Origin: Spirochaetia bacterium
GTDB taxonomy: Bacteria > Spirochaetota > Spirochaetia > DSM-2461
Reading direction: 5' to 3'
Length of the DNA stretch: 64,000 nt
NCBI GenBank assembly: GCA_963668315.1
Contig: OY764216.1
Span: 3,584,001 to 3,648,000, forward strand
Part shown: positions 30,813 to 40,373 of the stretch, one piece after another
How positions within the stretch are numbered: the stretch's first letter is position 1
How the letters are laid out: every line of letters begins with the position of its first letter
Position numbers and translations under genes: made by a program
The notes under the pieces: generated by a model
The model's input: only the letters and a program-made list of their open reading frames with translations
What the model was told of the DNA's origin: nothing
Database searches by the model: none

Positions 30813-31169
30813 ATGAGACACAAGAGGAATTACCGGGTAATCTGGTTTCCCAGCCTGCTGAACAAAATCGTCATCTACACCCTGACCATGACCGTCTTTA
30901 TGCTGGTCCTGTACTTTTTCACCGGCAGGCAGCAGTTCTCCGACCGTTCTGTCAGCGCCATCATAGAACTGGCTCTGATCTATTCGGTCTGTTCTTTCTT
31001 CTTTTCCCTTACCGCCATCGGCGGTCGGATTTTCAGGAACCGCTATGTCTCCCATCTGAAAAAACAGCGGATATTCTGGCTTATCCTGATTATGGCCGCC
31101 ATGGCCGTGGTTTCCGTCTTTCTCTCCCTGCTTATCGTTCTTCAGACAGGTTACGGCTACGGGACTTGA
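30813..31169 (+). CDS. Small membrane protein (about 3 TM)
   Basis: Three hydrophobic segments; fills the intergenic gap. Confidence 0.7.
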   Translation: MRHKRNYRVIWFPSLLNKIVIYTLTMTVFMLVLYFFTGRQQFSDRSVSAIIELALIYSVCSFFFSLTAIGGRIFRNRYVSHLKKQRIFWLILIMAAMAVVSVFLSLLIVLQTGYGYGT

Positions 31170-31255
31170 ACGATTTGTGCTAAAAATAGACCGTTTATGA
31201 AAGGCGGCCATTGTAATTCCGGGTGATAATTATCCCATATTATCTTTAGGAGTTT

Positions 31256-32512
31256 ATGATGAATGAGAATTATAAATACGCATGCGATGCTTATAAAGCC
31301 CTTGGCGTCGACGTTGAAAAAGCCTTGGAGACATTAAAAACTGTTTCTCTGGGAATCCACTGCTGGCAGGGCGATGATGTGGGGGGCTTTGAAACGGCTG
31401 GTGCCGAACTCGGCGGCGGCGGTATACAGGTAACGGGAAACTACCCGGGAAAGGCCCGTTCCCTCGATGAATTGCGGAAGGATCTGGAAAAAGCCTTCTC
31501 CCTTATTCCCGGAACGCACCGTCTCAACCTGCACGCCAGTTATGCCGATTTTTCCCGGACCGGATGGGTGGACAGGGACAAGATCCAGCCGGAGCACTTC
31601 GATTCATGGATTGCCTGGGCGAAGGATCTGGGAATTAAAATCGATTTCAACGCCACTCTTTTTTCCCACCCCAAGGCCGATGACGGTTTTACTCTGAGCC
31701 ATCAGGATGACGGGATCAGACAGTTCTGGATTGATCATGTTAAACAGGCCCGGAAAATCGCCGCCCATATCGGAAAAGAGCTGGGCAGCCCCTGTATCCA
31801 CAACATATGGGCTCCCGACGGGGCCAAGGATATCCCCATTGACCGCTATGGCTACAGAAAGAGACTGATGGAGAGCCTTGATGACATCATGTCCCTTGAA
31901 CTCTCCAAGGAATACGTGAAGGATGCGGTGGAGTGCAAACTCTTCGGTATCGGCAGCGAATCCTTCGTGGTAGGTTCCCATGAGTTTTACATGGCCTACG
32001 CCCAGACAAGAGACACTCTCCTCTGTATGGATATGGGACATTTTCATCCCACCGAATCCGTTGCCGACAAAATCTCCTCCTTTTTTCTCTTTAAAGACGA
32101 ACTGCTTCTTCATGTAAGCCGTCCCGTCCGGTGGGATTCGGACCATGTGGTCATCATGAATGATGAGCTGATGCTTCTCATGCAGGAGCTTGTCAGATCG
32201 GGTTCTCTGGATAAGACCCATATCGGCCTTGATTTTTTCGACGGCACCATCAATCGCATCGGCGCCTATACGGTAGGTTCCCGTTCCGCCCTCAAGGGAC
32301 TGCTTTCGGCTCTTCTCGAACCGGCCGCTCTGTTAACCGAATATGACAGGAAAGGTAACTATTTTGCCCGTCTCGCCCTGCTGGAAGAGTGCAAAACCCT
32401 TCCTCTCGGAGCTGTCTGGGATGAATACTGCCGCAGAACGGATACCGTACTGGATAAAGAGCTGATCAAGGAGGTCATGTCCTATGAAAGCGACGTCCTC
32501 TCAAAAAGATAG
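31256..32512 (+). CDS. rhaA: L-rhamnose isomerase
   Basis: HCWQGDDVGGFE, GNYPGKAR, KLFGIGSES, GHFHPTE, HVSRPVRWDSDHV. Confidence 0.96.
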   Translation: MMNENYKYACDAYKALGVDVEKALETLKTVSLGIHCWQGDDVGGFETAGAELGGGGIQVTGNYPGKARSLDELRKDLEKAFSLIPGTHRLNLHASYADFSRTGWVDRDKIQPEHFDSWIAWAKDLGIKIDFNATLFSHPKADDGFTLSHQDDGIRQFWIDHVKQARKIAAHIGKELGSPCIHNIWAPDGAKDIPIDRYGYRKRLMESLDDIMSLELSKEYVKDAVECKLFGIGSESFVVGSHEFYMAYAQTRDTLLCMDMGHFHPTESVADKISSFFLFKDELLLHVSRPVRWDSDHVVIMNDELMLLMQELVRSGSLDKTHIGLDFFDGTINRIGAYTVGSRSALKGLLSALLEPAALLTEYDRKGNYFARLALLEECKTLPLGAVWDEYCRRTDTVLDKELIKEVMSYESDVLSKR

Positions 32513-33605
32513 TCCCTTTGAAACTCTGGTGAGGGTTTCCCGGGAGTACGGCAGCAATGCCGATTTCGTTCTTGCCGGGGGCGGCAACACCTCCTGCAAG
32601 GAGAAGGGCCGTATGTTTGTAAAGGCTTCGGGAACCCAGCTGGGAACCATAGAGGCCGACGGCTTTACAGAGATCGATCTGGAGAAGCTGTCGAAAATTT
32701 GGACATCATCCTACTCTCAGGACAAGGATCAGCGGGAAGAGGAGGTTCTGAGCGACCTGATGGCTTCAAGGGTTGATCCCGAAGGCAGAAGGCCCTCGGT
32801 AGAAACCCTTCTTCACGGCCTTTTCCCCTTTACATACGTAATCCATACCCATCCGGCTCTTATCAACGGGATCACCTGCTCCCGGGAGGGAGAGCGGGCC
32901 GCCCGTAAAGTTTTCGGCGAGGAAATCATCTGGATCCCCGTCATTGATCCGGGCTACATACTGGCATTGGCCGTCAAGGAGAAAGTTGACGCCTACGAAA
33001 AGGAAAAGGGGATTTTCCCCCAAGTGGTGGTGCTGCAGAATCACGGTATATTCATTGCCTCCGACAGCATAGAAGAGATTGACAGAATCTACACAGATTA
33101 TATGGATAAGGTCAAAGCCCTGTCTCCCCGTCCCGTCCCGGAAAAATTTACCTCCCTGGACGACCTGGATAATCTGCTGGATTCCCTTTCCCGGCTGAAA
33201 CCGGAACTGACGGCAAAGCCCTACGGGAACCCCGTCCTTTCAGGATATCTGAAAGATAAAGATTCCTTTGCTCCCTTAGCGGAAAGCCCCACTCCCGACC
33301 ATATTGTCTACAGCGGTTACAAGGCACTCTGGCTGGAAGATGGTCAAAAGCTCGAGGAAGAAGCATCGGCCTTTGAAAAAAAGGAAGGATTTTTTCCCCG
33401 GATCATTGCGGTAAAAGGCCGGGGAATCATCGCCTGCCATACATCGGAAAGCAAGGCGGATACGGCGGCGGAACTCTTCTGCGATCACCTGAAGATCGCC
33501 GTGATTTCCCGGGCTTTCGGAGGAATCCAGTTCATGCCCGTGGAGAATGTAAATTTCATCCGCAACTGGGAAGTGGAAAAATACCGGGCCTCCATGGCCA
33601 AATAG
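32484..33605 (+). CDS. Class II aldolase/adducin family protein (probable rhamnulose-1-phosphate aldolase)
   Basis: GGGNTS, KASG, PSVETLLH, HTHP, LQNHG, PTPDH; overlaps rhaA. Confidence 0.82.
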   Translation: MKATSSQKDSPFETLVRVSREYGSNADFVLAGGGNTSCKEKGRMFVKASGTQLGTIEADGFTEIDLEKLSKIWTSSYSQDKDQREEEVLSDLMASRVDPEGRRPSVETLLHGLFPFTYVIHTHPALINGITCSREGERAARKVFGEEIIWIPVIDPGYILALAVKEKVDAYEKEKGIFPQVVVLQNHGIFIASDSIEEIDRIYTDYMDKVKALSPRPVPEKFTSLDDLDNLLDSLSRLKPELTAKPYGNPVLSGYLKDKDSFAPLAESPTPDHIVYSGYKALWLEDGQKLEEEASAFEKKEGFFPRIIAVKGRGIIACHTSESKADTAAELFCDHLKIAVISRAFGGIQFMPVENVNFIRNWEVEKYRASMAK

Positions 33606-33611
33606 GATTTT

Positions 33612-34478
33612 TCAGCCCCTGCGGTAAGTGCTCGGACTGACTCCTTTTACTTTACCGAATTGCCTGGTAAAGTAATTGGAGTCGTTGTAGCCGAGCAGAT
33701 CGGAAATCTCCATCATGGAGAAGGGACTGTTCCTGAGATACCAGCAGGCCCGGTCCACCCGAAGCTGCTGATGATACTGAAGGGGAGAAAGGCCCGTTAT
33801 TTTTTTAAAAGAACGGAACAGGGTACTTTCCGACATGCCCGCGACCGATTTAAGCTCATCAATTGTTATATTTTCCGTCAGATGCGTCTCGATATAACTG
33901 AAAACCTGACCGATCCGGTAAGGAAGAGCCGGCCGATTTCCCCCGTACTGCTTATCGAATTCCCTTGAAACGAAATGGATGATCTGCATGAACTGCGAAA
34001 TGGCCAGAAACTGGTCCCCCGGTTCATTCCTTTCCAGAATCTCATCCAGCCGCTCCGCATCACGAAGAAGGCTCTCCAGTTTAACGTCATTCAATCGAAA
34101 AATCAGACGTTTTAAGTCAGTGAAACGGGTAGTCGGATCAACGGTGAAAATGCTGTGATAACCGGGGGAACGGCCCATATCAGCCAGAGGAATGGCCAGA
34201 TGGTTGATATCAAAAAGAATATTGATAAGTCTCAGCTGGTGAAGATCCTTATAGCCATGGATCATATCACCCTTTATGACGAAAACGGCGCCCCGTTCAA
34301 TGGGCAGAACGCCCTGTGGGTCATAGTGGACGCCGTCTCCGGATAGGACAATGACCAGCTCCATAAAATCATGGGAATGGAGCGGGTAGGGAGGCTGGGG
34401 GTTCCGTCTCAGAACTTTCAAGGGAATATTTCCGGGTGTGAAAAACTCTTCCCTCATTAAATGATGATATTCTTCCAT
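33612..34478 (-). CDS. AraC family regulator, RhaR/RhaS-like
   Basis: HSHDFMEL cupin, double HTH (LGYNDSNYFTRQF..VKGVSP..YR). Confidence 0.9.
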   Translation of the reverse strand: MEEYHHLMREEFFTPGNIPLKVLRRNPQPPYPLHSHDFMELVIVLSGDGVHYDPQGVLPIERGAVFVIKGDMIHGYKDLHQLRLINILFDINHLAIPLADMGRSPGYHSIFTVDPTTRFTDLKRLIFRLNDVKLESLLRDAERLDEILERNEPGDQFLAISQFMQIIHFVSREFDKQYGGNRPALPYRIGQVFSYIETHLTENITIDELKSVAGMSESTLFRSFKKITGLSPLQYHQQLRVDRACWYLRNSPFSMMEISDLLGYNDSNYFTRQFGKVKGVSPSTYRRG

Positions 34479-34525
34479 AACCGAAAAATATCATAGCAGA
34501 ACCCCGGGCCTTTGTCATGTCCCGT

Positions 34526-35557
34526 TTAGGCGGATATTTCATCTCCGGCGGAACCTGAAGAGACCGCCTGATCCTTGATCTCCTTATATTCCCTGTGATC
34601 GGAATAGAGTTCCTCCTTGTAGGGATTCCTTCCGGTCTTCTTCATCCTGATGATCATATAGACAACGATGGCGATATTGACGGCCAGAGAAGCCGCTCCG
34701 AAGAACAGATAGATACCGGGTTTATAAGTTGACGTAACAGCGAATTTTCCCTGATCCTGGAAAAAGGGGAAAGTCTGTGCGAACATACACCAGATGGCAA
34801 GGGTCTGGGCGCGGTGCTGAAGCCAGGCGCCTTTGCCCAAAGTAAAAGCACAAAGGGTGGGAGCGAACAAAAGAGCAAAACCGCAGTACCAGGCATGGTG
34901 GGGGAGACAGTTGTAAGTATAGGTGAAGTTCCACAGGTCATAGGCTATAATCCAGAACCAGAGCATATCGGGCCACAGCATATCACGGCTCTTGTCTTTG
35001 GCTGTTTGTTTTCTGATGGTAATTCCGACCCAGCCGGACAGGGCGATAATATTCAATAGACCGGCAATCCCGTTCATATGATTCCAGATACCCCCGAGAA
35101 CGAAAACTCCCTCGTCAGCGGTAATCCCGCCGCCCGAATACAGGGTACCCACCTGGAAATCCCTGACACAGGCTTCCAGAATATTGATGGCAAGAATAAC
35201 GGGAGGAAAATAGAGGGCCCATTTTTTCTCAGAGAGCTGCCACTCCTTACCGGTGGTTTTATCCTTTCCTTTCAGATGACGGATAAGCCAGAATCCGATA
35301 CAGCCGGCAGTGGAAGAGTAAACTTTCGCCAGATGAAACCAGTCGGTATAGGTCTCGTCCTTTAAAAGAGTAAACCAGATTCCCGTTAAAATAACCGGTA
35401 AAGCGACAAAGGTAAAAAATCCGACCCATTTCCAGCGGCGTGCCACTTCATTAAAAGCAAACAGCAAAAACAGAATAAAAATCCACATACCCCAGGTTGA
35501 ACCCAGGGTTGCTCCGGAAGCTGTATTGAAGACAAACATAACAAACTCCTCTCTCAT
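34526..35557 (-). CDS. DUF5692 family membrane protein
   Basis: WFHLAKVYS, NILEA, WN..NGIAG, WPDM.W.WI.AYD.WN..Y.YN, WLQHRAQTL; start may be 35539. Confidence 0.75.
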   Translation of the reverse strand: MREEFVMFVFNTASGATLGSTWGMWIFILFLLFAFNEVARRWKWVGFFTFVALPVILTGIWFTLLKDETYTDWFHLAKVYSSTAGCIGFWLIRHLKGKDKTTGKEWQLSEKKWALYFPPVILAINILEACVRDFQVGTLYSGGGITADEGVFVLGGIWNHMNGIAGLLNIIALSGWVGITIRKQTAKDKSRDMLWPDMLWFWIIAYDLWNFTYTYNCLPHHAWYCGFALLFAPTLCAFTLGKGAWLQHRAQTLAIWCMFAQTFPFFQDQGKFAVTSTYKPGIYLFFGAASLAVNIAIVVYMIIRMKKTGRNPYKEELYSDHREYKEIKDQAVSSGSAGDEISA

Positions 35558-35586
35558 ATAAATATTTTTTTATTTATTTCAGGATG

Positions 35587-35615
35587 ATAATATTTTACTT
35601 ATCTGGATATGTCAA
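35587..35615 (-). promoter_or_regulatory. sigma70 promoter TTGACA-17-TATTAT for the DUF5692 gene
   Basis: Near-consensus boxes in an AT-rich spacer. Confidence 0.6.
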
Positions 35616-35654
35616 TCTTTTTTACATTTTATTCCCATTATTTAATTATATTTA

Positions 35655-35683
35655 TTGTATTTATCCTTTTTTTAAAGTATATT
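35655..35683 (+). promoter_or_regulatory. sigma70 promoter TTGTAT-17-TATATT for the FadR-type regulator
   Basis: Near-consensus boxes. Confidence 0.5.
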
Positions 35684-35696
35684 TTTCAATACTGGA

Positions 35697-35713
35697 CCTT
35701 GGTCATACCAAGG
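35697..35713. promoter_or_regulatory. FadR/GntR-type operator CCTTGGT-CAT-ACCAAGG
   Basis: Perfect 7-bp inverted arms with a TGGT-N3-ACCA core, between the promoter and the regulator start. Confidence 0.75.
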
Positions 35714-35728
35714 ATTTTCGAGGTAAAT

Positions 35729-36442
35729 ATGGAATTCAATAAACTATCATCTCCGTCGTTGAAGGACCTTTTCATTAGAGAAATTGAAGATATGATCCTT
35801 TCGGGAAAACTGGAAACGGGAGAAAAACTTCCCAGTGAAAGGGAACTGGCCGAAAAAATGGGAGTCAGCCGCATCGTCGTCAACTCCGGTCTGACAGAAC
35901 TTTCCAACGTCGGTTTCGTAGAAATTATTCCCCGTAAGGGAGCCTATATCGCCGATTACAGAAGAAAGGGCTCCATTGACACACTGCTGGCCATATTACG
36001 CTTTCAGGGAGGAGAATTAAAGAAAAATGAGATGAAATCTCTTTTGGAAATTCGTCTCGTCATCGAAGTACTGGCCATAGAACTGGCCGTAGAAAAACTG
36101 ACCCGTAATGATTGCCGTAAACTTGAAAAAAAATATATCGATTTTACCGAATCACAAAATCCCAAAGAGTCAGCCCAGACCATATTTTCCTTTCACCATG
36201 AGCTTTCTCTTTTGTCGGGGAACACGATGCTTCCTCTGATATTTTATTCTTTCAAAGAGTTGTCCACCATGCTCTGGTGCCGTTATTTTGAACTTCATGG
36301 AAAAGAAGCTCTTGTTGAAAATACCTTCCAATTGCTGGAAAGCCTGAAGAACCGGGATAAAGACAGGGCCATTGATTATTTCAAAGAAAGTCTTCAGAAA
36401 ACCATACACGGTAATGTTTCCATCTATTTTGAGGAAACCTGA
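35729..36442 (+). CDS. GntR family (FadR subfamily) transcriptional regulator
   Basis: GEKLPSERELAEKMGVSR wHTH plus FCD-like C-domain; start at MEFNKL after GAGG. Confidence 0.9.
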   Translation: MEFNKLSSPSLKDLFIREIEDMILSGKLETGEKLPSERELAEKMGVSRIVVNSGLTELSNVGFVEIIPRKGAYIADYRRKGSIDTLLAILRFQGGELKKNEMKSLLEIRLVIEVLAIELAVEKLTRNDCRKLEKKYIDFTESQNPKESAQTIFSFHHELSLLSGNTMLPLIFYSFKELSTMLWCRYFELHGKEALVENTFQLLESLKNRDKDRAIDYFKESLQKTIHGNVSIYFEET

Positions 36443-36552
36443 TTCAATATCAGGCTTATTTGGGGAATTATTCCTTTTCTATGGTAATATTAGGCTAATA
36501 TTAAATCAAGGCTTTACTTCTGATAATATTTATTCTGTCTACCTATATTATA

Positions 36553-36579
36553 AGACAGAAGGAATCAAACCCTCTGTCT
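36553..36579. terminator. Hairpin between the convergent regulator and radical SAM genes
   Basis: AGACAGA...TCTGTCT inverted repeat. Confidence 0.45.
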
Positions 36580-36584
36580 CTTAT

Positions 36585-39026
36585 CTATGAGAGAAATAAA
36601 TCTTTATAGGAGATAAAATTTCCTTCCCTGTCCAAGGCCCAGCTTTTTTTACGACATATTCTGAACCGGGAATAATCATCAAAGTTTTCCCTCAGGAATT
36701 TGTTGATGCTGTTGTATAACACCTTCTCCCTGGAAAAAGTATGTCTGATCAAAAGAGATTCTTTACCGCTGCCATCAAGGATGGTAAAGGATTTCTCAAT
36801 TTCCAATGTGTTAATCAGCTGAGTAATTTTCTCCTGCAACGCATCTTTAGACAGATCCCCATGACTCAGCTCCCAATCGGCACCTCCCCAGTTTTTCATG
36901 AGTGTCAGCTTTTTAAGGCCTTCCACGACAGGGAGTTCTATCAATTCTTTGATTGAGATGCCTTCCGCCGATTTCCCGTTGAATTCTTCAATGAGCCTCT
37001 CCGTGTCAATTTTCTCGGTCATTTCGACTAGGACAACTTCATCTTCCGAACGGGCTCCCAGGGACAAGGGATTGGCAAACTCCAGTTTGGGCTTAGGATT
37101 AAACCCCTGGGACATTTTCAGCGGAACATCACAGCGGTACAAAGCCCGTTCCACGGCTCGGGAAAAATCCAGATGCCCGATGAACTGGGCGGTTCCCATT
37201 TTCTCCACCTTCAATAGATACGGATGATAGGAATCTTCTTTCCCTTTCACACAGGCAGGTGACGGCTCCATACTGCTCTTTCCGTACCGTACTTTCAGAT
37301 CACGGGAACAGACACCGCAGTGCTCTTTGCAGGGATCATCGCAGGAAGGAGAAATAAAACTTTCAAGTGAGCGGTCATTTTCCTTTTTCAGGGATTTTTC
37401 CGTGACGGCAAGATCGATAAAATCGTATAATTCGGTAAAGTTCTTATGGTCCGAACAGGTAACACCTTCCACATCCCAATCCGCTTCAGCGATAAGGGAT
37501 TTCCACAGTTCTCTGTTCAGATGGTCATCCCAGCTGTCAAGGCGTGCCCCCTTCCTGTAGGCTTCAAGGAAAAGTTCCCCCGCCCGCTTATCGCCCCGGG
37601 AAAGCACGGCTTCTATCAGTGAGGCGAAGGGCGAATGAAAACTGACCCTGATATTTCGGCCGACATTCTTTTTTATGTAGAGTATTTTTTCCAGACTGAC
37701 CATCTCTTCCAGCTGTCTGGCTTCCTTAAAGGGCGTAAACACCTTAGGAATGAACGTTCCGATATTGACGGTCAGGTTGATTTTGGTCGCCATCTGGATC
37801 CTGTTCAGATAGGCGATCATTTCATCCTCTTCCTTATGATCTATGGATACGGGAAGACCGAGCATAAAATAGAATTTAGCCTGCCGCCACCCTCTTCGTT
37901 TCGCCTCTCTCAGGATTTCGATAATCTTTTCTTCGGACACGTCCTTGTTGATTCCGTGCTGCCAGTCCTCCCTGGCCGCCTCGACGGCAAAGGTCAATCC
38001 GCTTTTTTTCACTTCTCCGATTTTTTCAATCAGATCAAGGCTCAGTGAGTTAACCCGCAAAGACGGAAGGGAAAATGAGACATGCCGGCCTTTATACCGG
38101 TCATTCAACACATCTACCAGTCCGGAAATATCGGTAAAATCGCCGGAAGATAGGGAGGATAGCGTAATATCCCTGTAGCCCGCCTCGTTAACAAGAAAGT
38201 CAGTCTCCGCAATAATAAGGTCCCAGTCTTTCTCCCTTTTGGGACGATAATAAACTCCGGCATGGCAGAAGCGGCATTTATTGGGACATCCCCGCATTAT
38301 CTCGACAACCCCATGATCCTGAACGGTTTCGATGGTGGGCACGGGCAGTGCGCTGGTCCAACCCCGTTCCTGTCCGAACCGGGAGTATTTGGTAATGACG
38401 GTTTTCTCTTTTTTTCCGTCATACCAGATATAACTCTGCTCTTCCAGGAGTTTTTTGAGCTCATCCCGCCCCTTGCCCGCTTTTTTCAGCCTGACCATTT
38501 CGGAAAGGAGGGAAACATAACCTTCCTCCCCTTCCCCAATATAAAAATAATCGATAAATTCAGAATAGGGCAAAGGATTGGTAACCGTCGGGCCGCCGGC
38601 GATAATGATGGGATCGTTTTCACTTCGGTCCGCATTACGCAGGGGGATTTTCCCCAGTTCCAGTATATTAAGCAGATTGGTAAAACCGAGTTCATATCCA
38701 ATGGAGAAAGCCAGAAGATCCAACTCTTTCAGTGGGAGTGCTTTCTCCAGGGTAAAATAGGAAATATCCTTTTCCCTTAACAGCTTCTCCATATCTTCCA
38801 TGGGGGCGAAAACTCTTTCGCACTGGACGCCATCCAGCGAATTAGCCAGGGAATATATGATTTTTATCGCCTGATTGGACATGCCTATGGAATACAGGTC
38901 GGGAAAGGATATCCCCATCAGCAGGGGTTGCTTCTCTTCATATGTAATGGAACCGAATTCTCCTCCCGAGTACTGTCCCGGAGACTGTACGGCGTAAAGG
39001 AGTTCTTCTCTGTCTATATATGTCAT
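36585..39026 (-). CDS. TIGR03960-type radical SAM protein fused to a TIGR03936 (DUF2344) domain
   Basis: FPDLYSIGMSN, RGCPNKCRFC, K.YFM.GLP; C-terminal HLD...RA..R, SQGFNP.PK.....L.LG. Confidence 0.88.
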   Translation of the reverse strand: MTYIDREELLYAVQSPGQYSGGEFGSITYEEKQPLLMGISFPDLYSIGMSNQAIKIIYSLANSLDGVQCERVFAPMEDMEKLLREKDISYFTLEKALPLKELDLLAFSIGYELGFTNLLNILELGKIPLRNADRSENDPIIIAGGPTVTNPLPYSEFIDYFYIGEGEEGYVSLLSEMVRLKKAGKGRDELKKLLEEQSYIWYDGKKEKTVITKYSRFGQERGWTSALPVPTIETVQDHGVVEIMRGCPNKCRFCHAGVYYRPKREKDWDLIIAETDFLVNEAGYRDITLSSLSSGDFTDISGLVDVLNDRYKGRHVSFSLPSLRVNSLSLDLIEKIGEVKKSGLTFAVEAAREDWQHGINKDVSEEKIIEILREAKRRGWRQAKFYFMLGLPVSIDHKEEDEMIAYLNRIQMATKINLTVNIGTFIPKVFTPFKEARQLEEMVSLEKILYIKKNVGRNIRVSFHSPFASLIEAVLSRGDKRAGELFLEAYRKGARLDSWDDHLNRELWKSLIAEADWDVEGVTCSDHKNFTELYDFIDLAVTEKSLKKENDRSLESFISPSCDDPCKEHCGVCSRDLKVRYGKSSMEPSPACVKGKEDSYHPYLLKVEKMGTAQFIGHLDFSRAVERALYRCDVPLKMSQGFNPKPKLEFANPLSLGARSEDEVVLVEMTEKIDTERLIEEFNGKSAEGISIKELIELPVVEGLKKLTLMKNWGGADWELSHGDLSKDALQEKITQLINTLEIEKSFTILDGSGKESLLIRHTFSREKVLYNSINKFLRENFDDYSRFRICRKKSWALDREGNFISYKDLFLS

Positions 39027-40373
39027 TTAATCTCTATACCTCTTCTGGTGTATGCTCAGCATAATACCAATTGAGATAAATGCCGTCCAGAGAGAAGAGC
39101 CGCCATAGGAGAGAAAAAGCAGAGGAATACCCGTGATGGGCATGATACCAATGGCCATGCCGATATTCTCTATGATATGGAAGGAGATCATTCCCACGAC
39201 CCCGGCGGTGATGAGAGACCCGAAACGGTCTTTTGAGGTGGCCACGATATAGAGCCCCCTGATGATTATGAGGGAAAAAAGAAGAAACAGGATCAAGGTT
39301 CCCATGAAACCGCTCTCTTCTGCGAAAATGGAAAAGATAAAGTCCGTGCTCTGCTGGGGAAGAAACCGGTAGTGGGACTGGGTTCCCTCTAGGAATCCCT
39401 TGCCCATAATGCCCCCAGAGCCTACGGCGGTAACGGATTGGATGATATTCCATCCTGCCCCCCTGGGATCTACCTGGGGATTGAGAAATACGACAAGGCG
39501 CATCAGCTGATACCCTTTGAGCGCCTTGAAAGCCCCCAGGGTGACAAAATAAGAGACAAGAACCGCCGAGGAGACATAAAGGAGTCCCATGTAGATCTTT
39601 TTGCGGTAGAGGGCGACTCCCAGACCGGTCAGCATAATAAAAGCGGAAAGTCCTATGATAAAGGGAATCATGATTTCCCGGTCGCTGAAAAGCCTTCCCA
39701 GGACTTTGAATTCCTGGGAAAGATAGAGATCCCAGGCATTGAAAATGGTGAAACAGGACGTAAAAATAACGACGAGGAAAATATACCCCAGATACTTCAT
39801 ATCCGCTCCCCCGATGAAAAGGGTAAAGATAAGTATGGGAAAAAACACCAGGGTGGTTCCCAGGTCGGGCTGCACCAGAATCAGGACGGCCGGGATTCCG
39901 ACAATGACACAGGACATCATGAACACCCTGAAGGAGCGCATTTCCGTGGCGTTATCCTCCAGATAGGATGCCAGATAGATTATGGTGGCTATTTTGGTGA
40001 ACTCCGAGGCCTGAATTCCCAGAGAACCGATTCCGATCCACGACCGGGCGCCGTTACGGACCGAGCCGAAAAGGAGCGTCACCAGGAGGAGAAAAAGAAA
40101 AAAGAAATAGATATAGTGGGAAATGAGTTTAATGCGCCTGTAATCAATGAATGAAATGACAAACATGAGAATAATACCGGAGATTCCCCAGAAGATCTGT
40201 TTGATATACTCCCGGGAAACGTTTTCTCCCGTAGAGGTGATGCCGCTGGAATAGATAAAAAGAATTCCGATAACCGTCAGAATGATTACGGTGAAAATGA
40301 GAACGAAGTCATACCCCATGATGGAGAAACGTTTCTGTGACGGACCCTGAATACCGGACGATCTACGGGGCAT
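39027..40373 (-). CDS. rodA: Rod shape-determining protein RodA
   Basis: GARSWI, QASEFTK, QPDLGT, FLPQQSTDFIF, PITGIPL.FLSYGGS. Confidence 0.95.
   Translation of the reverse strand: MPRRSSGIQGPSQKRFSIMGYDFVLIFTVIILTVIGILFIYSSGITSTGENVSREYIKQIFWGISGIILMFVISFIDYRRIKLISHYIYFFFLFLLLVTLLFGSVRNGARSWIGIGSLGIQASEFTKIATIIYLASYLEDNATEMRSFRVFMMSCVIVGIPAVLILVQPDLGTTLVFFPILIFTLFIGGADMKYLGYIFLVVIFTSCFTIFNAWDLYLSQEFKVLGRLFSDREIMIPFIIGLSAFIMLTGLGVALYRKKIYMGLLYVSSAVLVSYFVTLGAFKALKGYQLMRLVVFLNPQVDPRGAGWNIIQSVTAVGSGGIMGKGFLEGTQSHYRFLPQQSTDFIFSIFAEESGFMGTLILFLLFSLIIIRGLYIVATSKDRFGSLITAGVVGMISFHIIENIGMAIGIMPITGIPLLFLSYGGSSLWTAFISIGIMLSIHQKRYRD

Noticed and set aside
35609..35728. Hydrophobic N-terminal extension of the GntR ORF
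   Set aside because: It is AT-rich promoter/operator DNA read in frame; the SD supports ATG 35729.
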